DNA from: Caldilineaceae bacterium
GTDB taxonomy: Bacteria; Chloroflexota; Anaerolineae; Caldilineales; Caldilineaceae
Length of the DNA: 64,000 nt
Assembly (NCBI GenBank): GCA_965204525.1
Contig: OZ241994.1
Location: 2,791,732 to 2,855,731, forward strand
Direction: 5' to 3'
Shown here: piece after piece, positions 37,458 to 46,746 of the stretch
Position numbering within the stretch: position 1 is the first letter of the stretch
Layout of the letters: every line of letters begins with the position of its first letter
The notes under the pieces: generated by a model
Databases searched by the model: none
Told to the model about the DNA's origin: nothing
The model's input: the letters and a program-made list of their open reading frames with translations, nothing else
Program-made: the position numbers and the translations under genes

Positions 37458-40400
37458 CTATTCCGGCACCGTGGCCGTCGGAAAATTCTGTTGCCAGTCG
37501 CTCTTCTCGCCCGCCGCGTTCACCGCGCGGATGGTATAGTAGTACTTCCTCCCGGCCGTAAGCCCGCTGTGCCTGTACGATGTGCCGTCGGCTCCTCCCA
37601 GCGGTTCCCAGTCGGGCAGCGGGTCCCACCACACCTGCAGTTCGTAGCGCACCGCGCCCGGAACAGCCTCCCAACTGAGCTCGATTGTGCTCTCCCCGCC
37701 CGCCGCGGCCGTCAGCGCCGGCGCCGTCAGCGGGGATGCCACCGGCGTTGGCGTCGGCGTTAGTGTCGCCGTCGGCAGCGGGGATCCGGACGCCGTTGGT
37801 ACGGTCGCCGACGCAAAAGCCTGTTGCCAGTCGCTCTTCTCGCCCCCCGCGTTCACCGCGCGGATGGTATAGTAGTACTTCCTCCCGGCCGTAAGCCCGC
37901 TGTGCCTGTACGATCTGCCGTCGGTGCCTCCCAGCGGTTCCCAGGCGGGCAGCGGGTACCACCACACCATCAGTTCGTAGCGCACTGCGCCGGCCACCGC
38001 TTCCCAACGCAGTTCGACCGCGCCTGCGGCCGCCTGCGCGGTCAGCGCCGGCGCGGTCAACCCTTGCGCCTCTGGCATGGGCGTTGGCGTCGCAGTTTCC
38101 GTTGGCGTCGGTGTAGGCGTCGGCTGCAGCTCTTGCGCCTGTGCTTCCTGCGGCGACTCCAGCGTGATGCCGGCATGGACGCGCTCGCCCTTGCCGCCGG
38201 CGTTTTGGGCGCGGACCCAGACCCTGTACGTCTTGCCGCTTTCCAGGTTGCGGAAGGTTACGGACAGCTTGTTCGCCTTGGGATTCTTGGTCGTGCCCTT
38301 GCCGCCGCCCTCCGGATTCAGATGCACGATATAGCGGTTGGGCGCGCCCCCGCTCGCCGGCGGCTGCCAGCTGACGGTTACGCTGTCCGCGGTCGCGGAT
38401 AGCAGCACGCCGGCCACCGGGCCGGGAATTTCCACCACCGTTGGCGTTGCGGTTGGCGTGGCTGTCGGCGTTGGCGTTGGCCGGACAACTACAACGATCG
38501 GCCCCTCTCGCTGGCCTGGGTCTGGTGTTTCTGTCGGCGTCGGCGTAGCCGTGGCTGTCGGCGTCGGCGTTGGCGTGGCTGTCGGCGTCGGCGTCGGCGT
38601 GGCTGTCGGCGTTGGTGTCGGCGTAGCCGTGGCTGTCGGCGTCCGGGTCACTGCAGAGGGCGGCTGCTGCTGTTGCGGCTGTGCGCCCTGGGGCTGCTGC
38701 GGCCGGACCGGTTGCGGCGTTGGCGCGGACACGGAGAAGCTGACCTCTACCGACCAGGGGCCTACGCCGTCCCCGTTCCTGGCGGCGACGCGCACCTTGT
38801 AGTCACCCGCGCTGATGGCGTTGATCCAGGCCAGCCCCTGTTCTTCAACGTTCGGGAGACTCAGGTCGACGTCGGCGGGGGCGGAGTTGACGTTCAGGGC
38901 CGGGTAGCTGCCGCCGTCGGCTCTGATCTGGACCACGTAGCCGGTCGCGTCCGACACGGTATCCCAGACCACCACGGCGCCCGACCCGTTGGGGTCCGCG
39001 CCCGAGTAGGTCTGCGCCGCCTGCACCGAGGACGGCCTAGAGGACGGGGCCGAGGCGCCGTTGACGACGGTGATGGTGAAGGTTTGGGTGGCGGTGACGC
39101 CGTTGCGGTCGGTGGCGGTGTAGGTCATCTCGGTCGTGCCGGGAACGGTCGGCGTGCCGGTGAGGCGCCTGATGTGCTGCCGCCCGTTGAAGCGGAGCCC
39201 CTGGACAGCGGGCTCCAGCTCGTAGAGAATGCCGGTGCCCACCCGCGTCCCGCCGTCCGCCTCGGGCAGCGTGAGGGAGACGTTTTGGCCGACGGTGAAC
39301 TTCTGGCCGGCTATCGCCCGCAGGGCCGGCGCCGCATTCACGGCGATGGAGTTGGAGGCGACGGCGCGGGCCCCGTTCTCGTCCTCGGCCCAGTAGTCGA
39401 CGCTGTAGAAGGCCGCCTGGGAGGGCGCGTCCATGCCGGCGCCGCTGGTGAGGAGCCGGGCGGCGGCGTTGAAGGAGAAGCCTGGCGCGTCGTCGTTGAT
39501 GGTCTTTACCACGCCCCCGGTTACTTGCCGGCCGTTCACCGTCCTCTGCTCTTGCACGCGGTAGGTCAGGTGATAGGTCAGGTCGCCATGGCCGCCCGAT
39601 GCCTCGGGCAGCGTCGCCGCGATGGGTTCCGATTGGCCGATGGTGTACTCGAAGATGGTGTCTTTGAAGGCCTGACGCTGTTCCGGATCGAACGTGACCG
39701 GCGGGGCGACGGACACAGTGAAGGTGAGGACAGCCGTGCTGCCGATATCGTCTCTGGCGGTGTAGGTGACGGTGGCCGGGCTGTCGGTCTTGGCCGCGGG
39801 GGTGCCGCGGATGACCCTGTCGTAGTTCATGTAGAGCCCGTCGGGCAGTCCCGCGGCGGAGTAGTAGACGTTGTAGAAGGCGCCGGTGGCCTTGGGCAGC
39901 GCGCGGGCCAGCACCTCATCCTGGGAGAGGCCGCGTCTGGGCGCCTCGCCGCCCTCGGTGAAGGTCATGTCCGTCACGGTGGCGCTGTCGAAGGACAGCG
40001 AGGAACGCTGCAGATCGAAGGTGTAGTTCATGCCCTCCACACTGCCACCGCCGGTAAGGAGTTCAATTCCAAGGGCCACGGTGGTCTCGAGCCTGGTAGT
40101 CTCCAAGCCTACGCCCGAATCCGTCCCAAAATTCAAAGTAGTGGACTCGGTATCAGGGTTGTTGTTTAGCAACCCGGTGAGGTTCCACCCTGTAACTGCG
40201 ATGTCGGTCCAGGTGGGCGTGAAGGTGATGCTTGCCACGTCGGAGGGGACCCGGAGCGTGTACTCTCCTCTGTGGGGGTCGAACAGCGGTTTAGGCAAGA
40301 GAAGCAGAGTCTGCGTTTTGCCGTTGCGCATGACCGTGCCGGTGACGGTCAGTCCGCTCAGGTGGGCGTCGTGGCCGTGTGTCGCCCGGGCCGGCTGCGC

Positions 40401-40490
40401 GTCGCGGGCGAAGAAGACGGTCTGCGCAATCAGCGCGACGGCCAGCAGAAGGGGGGGGGAGCGGCGGAGGGCCCTGGTCAGTTTACTCAT
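37458..40490 (-). CDS. Large secreted multidomain protein: cadherin-like beta-sandwich, three putative Ig/dystroglycan-type domains, FN3 domains, PT linkers
   Basis: 1010 aa with a signal/TM segment PPLLLAVALIAQTV. Repeated LP.G......I.GTP domain motif, a long TPTPTATPTP linker and three to four FN3 modules including two near-identical C-terminal copies. Confidence 0.85.
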   Translation of the reverse strand: MSKLTRALRRSPPLLLAVALIAQTVFFARDAQPARATHGHDAHLSGLTVTGTVMRNGKTQTLLLLPKPLFDPHRGEYTLRVPSDVASITFTPTWTDIAVTGWNLTGLLNNNPDTESTTLNFGTDSGVGLETTRLETTVALGIELLTGGGSVEGMNYTFDLQRSSLSFDSATVTDMTFTEGGEAPRRGLSQDEVLARALPKATGAFYNVYYSAAGLPDGLYMNYDRVIRGTPAAKTDSPATVTYTARDDIGSTAVLTFTVSVAPPVTFDPEQRQAFKDTIFEYTIGQSEPIAATLPEASGGHGDLTYHLTYRVQEQRTVNGRQVTGGVVKTINDDAPGFSFNAAARLLTSGAGMDAPSQAAFYSVDYWAEDENGARAVASNSIAVNAAPALRAIAGQKFTVGQNVSLTLPEADGGTRVGTGILYELEPAVQGLRFNGRQHIRRLTGTPTVPGTTEMTYTATDRNGVTATQTFTITVVNGASAPSSRPSSVQAAQTYSGADPNGSGAVVVWDTVSDATGYVVQIRADGGSYPALNVNSAPADVDLSLPNVEEQGLAWINAISAGDYKVRVAARNGDGVGPWSVEVSFSVSAPTPQPVRPQQPQGAQPQQQQPPSAVTRTPTATATPTPTPTATPTPTPTATPTPTPTATATPTPTETPDPGQREGPIVVVVRPTPTPTATPTATPTVVEIPGPVAGVLLSATADSVTVSWQPPASGGAPNRYIVHLNPEGGGKGTTKNPKANKLSVTFRNLESGKTYRVWVRAQNAGGKGERVHAGITLESPQEAQAQELQPTPTPTPTETATPTPMPEAQGLTAPALTAQAAAGAVELRWEAVAGAVRYELMVWWYPLPAWEPLGGTDGRSYRHSGLTAGRKYYYTIRAVNAGGEKSDWQQAFASATVPTASGSPLPTATLTPTPTPVASPLTAPALTAAAGGESTIELSWEAVPGAVRYELQVWWDPLPDWEPLGGADGTSYRHSGLTAGRKYYYTIRAVNAAGEKSDWQQNFPTATVPE

Positions 40491-40644
40491 GTTGCTATAC
40501 CTCCAAGGTTACGGCGGCGCCCCGCGTCCGGCCTCTGACGACGCGGGTGACATGGGGCGGAGCCCAGGTGGACGACGGCTGCTGTTCGGCCAATGCGGTG
40601 CACGACTATGGCTTCGAAAGGTACCGACATTGAAGTACAGCAGT

Positions 40645-40792
40645 AGTATACAGCATTTTGCGTGACATGTGTGTGAAAAGTGGCGGTTTTTTCGCGCCAG
40701 TTTCGTGCCAGTATTGTGCCAATGTGGTCATACGTGGTAGAATCGGGACGTCCGGGCCGCAGACGTACCGTATCAGGGCCCGCTTTCAGCCG
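40645..40792 (-). repeat. Conserved 148-bp upstream element, copy 2 (5' of 37458..40490, in the divergent intergenic region with the HK-RR gene)
   Basis: Same length and orientation as 37245..37392. Lies 155-302 nt upstream of the start at 40490. Confidence 0.8.
40706..40721 (-). promoter_or_regulatory. Sigma-54-like -24/-12 motif, second copy
   Basis: Identical 16-mer TGGCACAATACTGGCA on the minus strand. Confidence 0.3.
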
Positions 40793-40847
40793 CCGCGCCT
40801 GCGTCTGAACTGTGCAGCGCAACTTCATTCCCGGCATGGAGGGAACT

Positions 40848-43268
40848 ATGAAACCCGCCGACGAACTTGTGCAGGAAATTGAAGCGCTGCGGGAGCGCCT
40901 CTCCCGCTTGAGCAGGGCCAGCCTGCTCATCAACGAAAGCCTCGACTTCGACGCCGTCCTGCAGAGCGTCCTCGACTCCGCCCGCTCTCTCACCGGCGCC
41001 AACTACGCCCTGCTCACCCTCCTCGACGACGCGCGTCGTCCGGCCGATGACTTTCTCGTCTCCGGCTTTACCTTCGATGTGGTTCAGCGTCTGTGGGATC
41101 TGCCCGATGCGTTGAAACTCTTCGATCATCTCGGCAACACTGCCAAACCGCTCCGCCTCACCGACCTGGGCCGGCGCATCAGGTCACTGGGCCTTCCCGA
41201 ACCCCGTCTGACGGGCGGGGTAGCTCTCCCTAAGTCCTTTCTGGCCGCCCCCATCCGCCACAACGGCGAACGCGTCGGCAACATCTTTCTGGGCAAGGCA
41301 GGCACCGAACAGGATTTCAGCTCCGAAGATGAGGAGACACTGGTCATGTTTGCCTCCCAGGCCGCGCTCGTCATCGCCAACGCCCGCCACTACCGCGACG
41401 AGCAGCGGGCCCGGAACGACCTCGAAACCCTGATCAACACCTCCCCGATCGCTGTCGTCGTATTCGACGCAAAGGCCGGTATCCCTGTTTCGTTAAACAG
41501 AGAGGCGGAAAGAATCGCCAACATCCTGCAGACACCCGACCACTCTCTGGAGGATCTCTTTGAGGTGGTAATCTGCCGGCGCGCCGACGGACGCGAGATC
41601 GCCCTCGACGAGTTCCCCCTGGCCCAGGTGCTCAGCATCGGCGAGACCGTACGCCTCGAAGAGATCGAACTGCAGGTTCCCGGCGGCCGCAGCGTCAAGG
41701 CGCTCCTCAACGCCACGCCGATCCACTCGCAGGAGGGCGTGGTCGAAACGTTTGTCGTGACGTTGCAGGATATGACGCCGCTCGAGGAGCTGGAGCGGCT
41801 GCGCGCCGAGTTCATGGGGATGGTGAGCCACGAGCTGCAGACGCCGCTGACCACGATCAGAGGCTCCGCTTACACCCTCCTCGACGAAGCGGCCTCCCTC
41901 GACCCGGCCGAGACGCGCCAGTTCCACCGCATCATCGTCGAGCAGGCCAACCAGATGCGCAGCCTCATACGCGACCTGCTCGATGTGACTCGCATCGAGA
42001 CAGGCACGCTTTCCGTCGCCCCGGAGCCGTCCGATACCGCCACCCTCGTGGAAGAGGCCCGCACTATGTTCATGGGCTCAGGCCGCACGAACAGAATCCA
42101 CATCGACGTTGCCCCGGACCTGCCCCAGGTCATGACCGACAGACGCCGCATCGTCCAGGTCCTCAGCAACCTGCTCTCCAATGCGGCCAGGTACTCCAAC
42201 GAGCTGTCCACCATCACCGTGCGCGCGGCGCTGCAACAGTTTCAGGTTGTCGTCTCAATCGCCGACGAGGGCAGAGGCATAGCGGCCGAGCGGCTGCCGC
42301 TCCTGTTCAGAAAGTTCTCCCGCGTCGACGGCGAGGACCGCCGGGGAGACAGCACCGGGGCGGGGCTGGGTCTCGCAATCTGCAAGGGCATCGTGGAGGC
42401 GCACGGGGGCCGCATCTGGGCCGAAAGTGACGGTCCCGGCCAGGGCGCCCGCTTCAATTTTACAGTTCCCGTTGCTGAACAGGAGAAAACGGCAGGCGCT
42501 GCCGACCCGGCGCCGCTTGCAGCCGAACCCGGCAATGAAACAGAGGAGCGGACGCGCATCCTCGTCGTTGACGACGATCCCCACGCGCTCAGATATATCC
42601 GCAACGTCCTCTCCAAGTCAGGCTATGACCCGGTAGTGACCGGAGAACCGGGGGATGTCGACCGTCTGATTGCCAAGGAGGGGCCCCATCTCGTCCTGCT
42701 GGATATGATGCTGCCGGGGTTCGACGGGATCGAGATGATGAAGAATATCCTGGCAAAAACTGCTCTGCCCGTCATCTTCCTCTCCGCCTACGGCCAGGAA
42801 AATCTCATTGCCAGGGCCTTCGAAACGGGGGCGGCCGACTACGTCGTGAAACCGTTCTCACCGACCGAACTGGCCGCGCGCATCAGGTCGGTCCTGCGCC
42901 AGCGCTCCGGAATCGGCTATCCCGGGCAGCCCGAAGACTATCTCCTGGAAGACCTGGTGATCAACTATGCCGAACGCCGCGTGGCCGTGGCCGGACAACC
43001 GGTCGTGCTGACCGCGACCGAATATGCGCTGCTCTACGAGCTCTCGACCAACGCCGGCCAGGTGTTGACCCACAGCCAGCTGATACAACGGGTCTGGGGC
43101 CGGGGACACGCAGGCGACGCCAGGCTGGTCCGTACCGTGGTCAAAAGAGTGCGCCAGAAACTGGGTGACGATGCCAACAACCCCAGGTACATCTTCACCG
43201 AACCGCGCGTCGGCTACCGTATGGAAAGGAGCGGGACAGGGGAGCAGGTGGATCAGTTCTCATCCTGA
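40848..43268 (+). CDS. Hybrid two-component protein: GAF-PAS-HisKA-HATPase_c fused to a complete OmpR-type response regulator (REC + winged-helix)
   Basis: ATG 40848 preceded by GGAGGGA. H-box MVSHELQTPL, N-box LLSNAARYS, G-box GAGLGLAICKGIV. REC: ILVVDDD...LVLLDMMLPGFDG...KPF. wHTH: LTATEYALLYEL...YIFTEPRVGYRM. No TM segments. Confidence 0.85.
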   Translation: MKPADELVQEIEALRERLSRLSRASLLINESLDFDAVLQSVLDSARSLTGANYALLTLLDDARRPADDFLVSGFTFDVVQRLWDLPDALKLFDHLGNTAKPLRLTDLGRRIRSLGLPEPRLTGGVALPKSFLAAPIRHNGERVGNIFLGKAGTEQDFSSEDEETLVMFASQAALVIANARHYRDEQRARNDLETLINTSPIAVVVFDAKAGIPVSLNREAERIANILQTPDHSLEDLFEVVICRRADGREIALDEFPLAQVLSIGETVRLEEIELQVPGGRSVKALLNATPIHSQEGVVETFVVTLQDMTPLEELERLRAEFMGMVSHELQTPLTTIRGSAYTLLDEAASLDPAETRQFHRIIVEQANQMRSLIRDLLDVTRIETGTLSVAPEPSDTATLVEEARTMFMGSGRTNRIHIDVAPDLPQVMTDRRRIVQVLSNLLSNAARYSNELSTITVRAALQQFQVVVSIADEGRGIAAERLPLLFRKFSRVDGEDRRGDSTGAGLGLAICKGIVEAHGGRIWAESDGPGQGARFNFTVPVAEQEKTAGAADPAPLAAEPGNETEERTRILVVDDDPHALRYIRNVLSKSGYDPVVTGEPGDVDRLIAKEGPHLVLLDMMLPGFDGIEMMKNILAKTALPVIFLSAYGQENLIARAFETGAADYVVKPFSPTELAARIRSVLRQRSGIGYPGQPEDYLLEDLVINYAERRVAVAGQPVVLTATEYALLYELSTNAGQVLTHSQLIQRVWGRGHAGDARLVRTVVKRVRQKLGDDANNPRYIFTEPRVGYRMERSGTGEQVDQFSS

Positions 43269-43366
43269 TGCTTTGTTCACCACTTTCTTGATGGTAAACT
43301 TCCTTTGGGTATTGGGTCTTCCGATGGATTCAGGTGCAGTTCTGAGTCGGTACAAGGAGTAATGAC

Positions 43367-44647
43367 ATGACCAAGACAGGTCGATTCCGCAGTACGCTCT
43401 CGCTCTGGCCCATCTTTCTGCTTACGCTTCTTCTGAGCGGCGCGTGCATCCCTGAGAACATGGTGGTCAGCCCGCTGGGAACGGTTGTGGTGGGCCCCGG
43501 CGAGGATATCCAGATCCGTTCGGCGGCTGTACTTTCCAGCATCGGCGGCTTGGGGACCTCTACGCAACGCGCGGTGGCCCTGGCGCTGGCCGACTACGGG
43601 CCGATCAAGGGGCACAACGTGACGATGGGCGCCGGCCTGGACTCGCTGTGCACGCCGGAGGGCGGCGCGGCGGCGGCGCAGACGATAGTGGGCGACCGGC
43701 GCGTGGTGGGCGTGATCGGCACCTCCTGCTCGGCGGCGGCGGTGAAAGCGTCGCCGATTCTGAGCGAGGCGGGGATGGTGTTGATCTCGGCGTCGAATAC
43801 GGCGCCTTCGCTGACATCGGACCTGCGGGGCAATGCAGGATCCGACTACTATGCGGGCTACTATCGGACGGTCAACAACGACCTCTACGAGGCGGAGGCG
43901 GTGGCGAAGTTCGCCCGCCACCACCTCAGTCTGCACGATATGGCGGTAATCCATGACGGCGATCCGTACACTTCCGGCCTGGCTCACGCGTTTGCGGTCG
44001 CGTTCGAACTGGGAGGCGGCGCGGTCACGATCGCGACGGTCGGCAAGGGGCAGACGGATATGATCGCTGTGCTGACCGAGGTCGCGGCGGCCGCCCCGGA
44101 CGGTCTGTTTCTACCGCTATTCCCGGACGAGGCTGGCGCGATCATCCGCCAGGTGGGGCAGGTTGCGGGTCTGGAGGACGTGGTTCTGATTGGCGGCGCT
44201 GGCCTGATGGATTTCGAGTTCCTGGCGATACCGGAATCGGAAGGGGTGTACATCGCCAGCCCGGAGCTGCAGTTCCAGAACAGCGTCAACGAGGCAACGG
44301 GTAAGAATGGAGGCGATCTCGCGGCGGCCTATCACGAGAAGTACAATAGGGCGCCGGACTCAGCCTACATAGCGCACGCGTATGACGCAACGACTATGCT
44401 GCTGCGGGCGATTGAGGAGGTTGCGGTTGTGCAGGGGGATACGCTTTATATCGACCGGGCGCGTTTGCGGGAGGCGTTGACGGGCACGGAGCAGTTCAGC
44501 GGCATCATTGGCAATATCTCGTGTGACGAGTTCGGCGACTGCGGCACGGGCCGCCTGCGCATCGTGCATCATGTCGATTCCACCGTCACAGACCTGGAGG
44601 GACTGGAGATCGTCTACTATCATCTTCACGATGAGAACGGCGATTAG
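43367..44647 (+). CDS. ABC substrate-binding lipoprotein, LivJ/LivK (branched-chain amino acid) family
   Basis: AAGGAG before the ATG. Lipobox LLSGAC. Type-I periplasmic binding fold motifs (VVGVIGTSCSAAA). Confidence 0.85.
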   Translation: MTKTGRFRSTLSLWPIFLLTLLLSGACIPENMVVSPLGTVVVGPGEDIQIRSAAVLSSIGGLGTSTQRAVALALADYGPIKGHNVTMGAGLDSLCTPEGGAAAAQTIVGDRRVVGVIGTSCSAAAVKASPILSEAGMVLISASNTAPSLTSDLRGNAGSDYYAGYYRTVNNDLYEAEAVAKFARHHLSLHDMAVIHDGDPYTSGLAHAFAVAFELGGGAVTIATVGKGQTDMIAVLTEVAAAAPDGLFLPLFPDEAGAIIRQVGQVAGLEDVVLIGGAGLMDFEFLAIPESEGVYIASPELQFQNSVNEATGKNGGDLAAAYHEKYNRAPDSAYIAHAYDATTMLLRAIEEVAVVQGDTLYIDRARLREALTGTEQFSGIIGNISCDEFGDCGTGRLRIVHHVDSTVTDLEGLEIVYYHLHDENGD

Positions 44648-44657
44648 ACACCCTCCG

Positions 44658-45938
44658 CTAGCGATTGAATTTCACAGGTGAGTATCTGAACACGACTGGC
44701 AGTTCAGCGATGTCAATGGCGGCGGGGTCGGTGTAGTGTGAGATGTGGACATGGCCTGTGCCGCAGTCGCCGAATGAGTCACAGGAGATAGGGCCGGTGA
44801 TGCCGTTGAATCTTATGAGGTCGGTAAGAGCGAAGCGGAGCATGGCGCGGTCGATGTAAAGCATACCTTCTTTATTTTCCACAGCGATATATTCAATGGC
44901 GCGCAGAAGGAGAGTGGTGGCATCGTAGGCTTGGGCAAGGTACGCCAGGTTCGTCGTTTCGTTGAACTGCTGTTGATAGGCGTTGAGCAGCTCTTCTCCA
45001 CTCCTGCCAGTTATTTCGTTGGTATTGTCGTTGAACTCAAATTCCGGTCCTGCCAGGTAGGCGTCCACAGATTCCAGCTCGGTGAACAGTAGAGACTCTA
45101 TAGTGATCAGTGTTACATCTTCGAGTCCGTCAACCTTGTCGATCTGGCGTACTATGTGGCCTGCCTCATCGGGAAAGAGGGGAAAGAAGATACCTTCAAT
45201 GTTGTCTGTAGATATGCTGGTCAGGAGGGGCAGCATATCGACTTGGCCTTTGGAAACGACACCGGTGCTCACGACTGAACCACCCAGATCCGCAAAGGCA
45301 AAAGAGAAGGCGTCAGTAATGCCCACTGTATAGGGGTCGCCGTCGTTAATGGCTGCCATCCTGCGCAGGTCCAGTTCGTTGTATACGAAATCCGCAACCG
45401 CTCGTGCCTGGTGAATATCATTGCTGGCGACGCGGTAGTAGCCTGGATGATAGTTGTTGCCGGCTTTGCCATACAGATCGGATGTCAGAGAGGGCGCAGA
45501 ATTTGCGGAGGAAATCATTACCAGGCCGGCCTCGCTGATAATCGGGGAAGCGGCTACAGCTGACAGTGAACATGTCGTCCCGATTACACCCAGAACGCGT
45601 GGATCGTTTATCGCTGTCCTGGCTGCGTCCACGCCTCCTGCCTCCGTACAGAGCGAATCGATGCCTGCGCCCAGCGTGATCTCATGTCCTTTTATCGGGC
45701 CGTAATCGGCAATCGCCATCGCCGCTGCGCGCAGTCTCGGCACACCCAGCTCACCTACGCCGGTCAGGACTTCGAGAGAACGAATGTGAATATCGTCATC
45801 TGGCTCTACAATTACGTACCCCATTTCTGACGGACTGTACACAAAGCGATGCGGCGTGCAAGCGCCAGTCAAAATGAGCACAACCAAAACGGTCAAACAA
45901 CGCAGCAACATAGCCATCCTCTGTAACAGTGTGCGCAT
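44658..45938 (-). CDS. ABC substrate-binding lipoprotein, LivJ/LivK family (paralogue of 43367..44647)
   Basis: Lipobox ILTGAC and VLGVIGTTCSLSA. Start is ambiguous (ATG 45938, ATG 45917 or GTG 45950) because the 5' end lies inside a repeated leader element. Confidence 0.8.
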   Translation of the reverse strand: MRTLLQRMAMLLRCLTVLVVLILTGACTPHRFVYSPSEMGYVIVEPDDDIHIRSLEVLTGVGELGVPRLRAAAMAIADYGPIKGHEITLGAGIDSLCTEAGGVDAARTAINDPRVLGVIGTTCSLSAVAASPIISEAGLVMISSANSAPSLTSDLYGKAGNNYHPGYYRVASNDIHQARAVADFVYNELDLRRMAAINDGDPYTVGITDAFSFAFADLGGSVVSTGVVSKGQVDMLPLLTSISTDNIEGIFFPLFPDEAGHIVRQIDKVDGLEDVTLITIESLLFTELESVDAYLAGPEFEFNDNTNEITGRSGEELLNAYQQQFNETTNLAYLAQAYDATTLLLRAIEYIAVENKEGMLYIDRAMLRFALTDLIRFNGITGPISCDSFGDCGTGHVHISHYTDPAAIDIAELPVVFRYSPVKFNR

Positions 45939-46140
45939 CTCTTCGTCCACTTTATGTCCTCCCATGACGAAAAACCGGAGCAGTAGTCTCGCCGCCGGCA
46001 GCGCCCCGAACCGTACCACCCCGCCCCGCAAAAAACAAACAGGCCCCGCCGCATCCCGCGACGGAGCCTGTGCGCCCAACACCCACATCCTACTTTCGAT
46101 TTACCATCATTCTGCCCCGCCACCGGCTGGGCAGTTCGCT
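45914..46140 (-). repeat. Repeated 5'-leader element, copy 1 (hairpin + SD + first codons)
   Basis: Aligns with 50342..50561 at high identity by eye. Homology ends one nucleotide past an ATG (45917/50345). Confidence 0.8.
46030..46070 (-). terminator. Intrinsic-terminator-like hairpin with a U-run, downstream of hicB and inside the repeated leader
   Basis: Minus strand: CAGGCTCCGTCGC-GGGAT-GCGGCGGGGCCTG, a 13-bp stem with two G:U pairs, followed by TTTGTTTTTT. Confidence 0.55.
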
Positions 46141-46153
46141 CCATTATACACCC

Positions 46154-46372
46154 TTAGCTTGTGGTCCAGGTCTTGGGGCCAAGCTCACCTTCCTGTCGGT
46201 TTTCGGATTCGATTTCCAACCACTCATCGACGATCTGACGCAATTGCAGGAATACCTGGTCTTTATCGTCCCCATGGCAGCAGGGACCTATGATTCCCGG
46301 GTAAGACCCTACATAACACTGGTCTTCCTCCGACCATTCGACGACCCCGCCATACTTTGTGTTTGCGGTCAT
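46154..46372 (-). CDS. hicB: HicB-family antitoxin
   Basis: 72 aa. MTANTKYGGVVEWSEEDQCYVGSYPGI... Start overlaps the hicA stop (ATGA). Confidence 0.75.
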   Translation of the reverse strand: MTANTKYGGVVEWSEEDQCYVGSYPGIIGPCCHGDDKDQVFLQLRQIVDEWLEIESENRQEGELGPKTWTTS

Positions 46373-46563
46373 CTTTCAGCCTCCTCAACAGCTCGTCTTA
46401 CTTCCCTTTCCTGGTACGGCCTTGCGTCATCGTTCGGCTTTCCAGAAACAGTAACTCGCCCTCCCTTTGGATGCCAGAAATTCCTGTGGCTGCCTTTTCC
46501 GCCTCTATCTGTAAATCCAGCCCTTTCCAGCTCTCTGATCAACTCTCGAATCTTGCGGGGCAT
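46369..46563 (-). CDS. hicA: HicA-family mRNA-interferase toxin
   Basis: 64 aa. MPRKIRELIRELERAGF..RGGKGSHRNFWHP is the HicA signature. Confidence 0.8.
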   Translation of the reverse strand: MPRKIRELIRELERAGFTDRGGKGSHRNFWHPKGGRVTVSGKPNDDARPYQEREVRRAVEEAER

Positions 46564-46746
46564 ATCTGTCCAGGAACAGGTTGCGGTTTAGAATCGATTG
46601 ACGAGACTCAATCCAGTAAGCCGATAGCTCCCCATCAGACTCAGCAACAAGAAAGAGCCTCATCACGATAAACAACATTGTCGTATATCGCTGTCCATAT
46701 TGCAATGTCGAAGAGACCGGCACGAATGGGCATTTGTATTGTGAAG

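Noticed and set aside
37258-37539. Conserved small + strand ORFs (MRDICVKNGGFFAPVSCQYCAN…; second copy at 40658..40882) inside the 148-bp repeated element.
   Set aside because: The peptide similarity is explained by DNA identity. An indel shifts the frame after about 25 codons (…VIRGGTGDVRAAG versus …VIRGRIGTSGPQT). Substitutions are not biased to third positions. A non-coding element is more likely.
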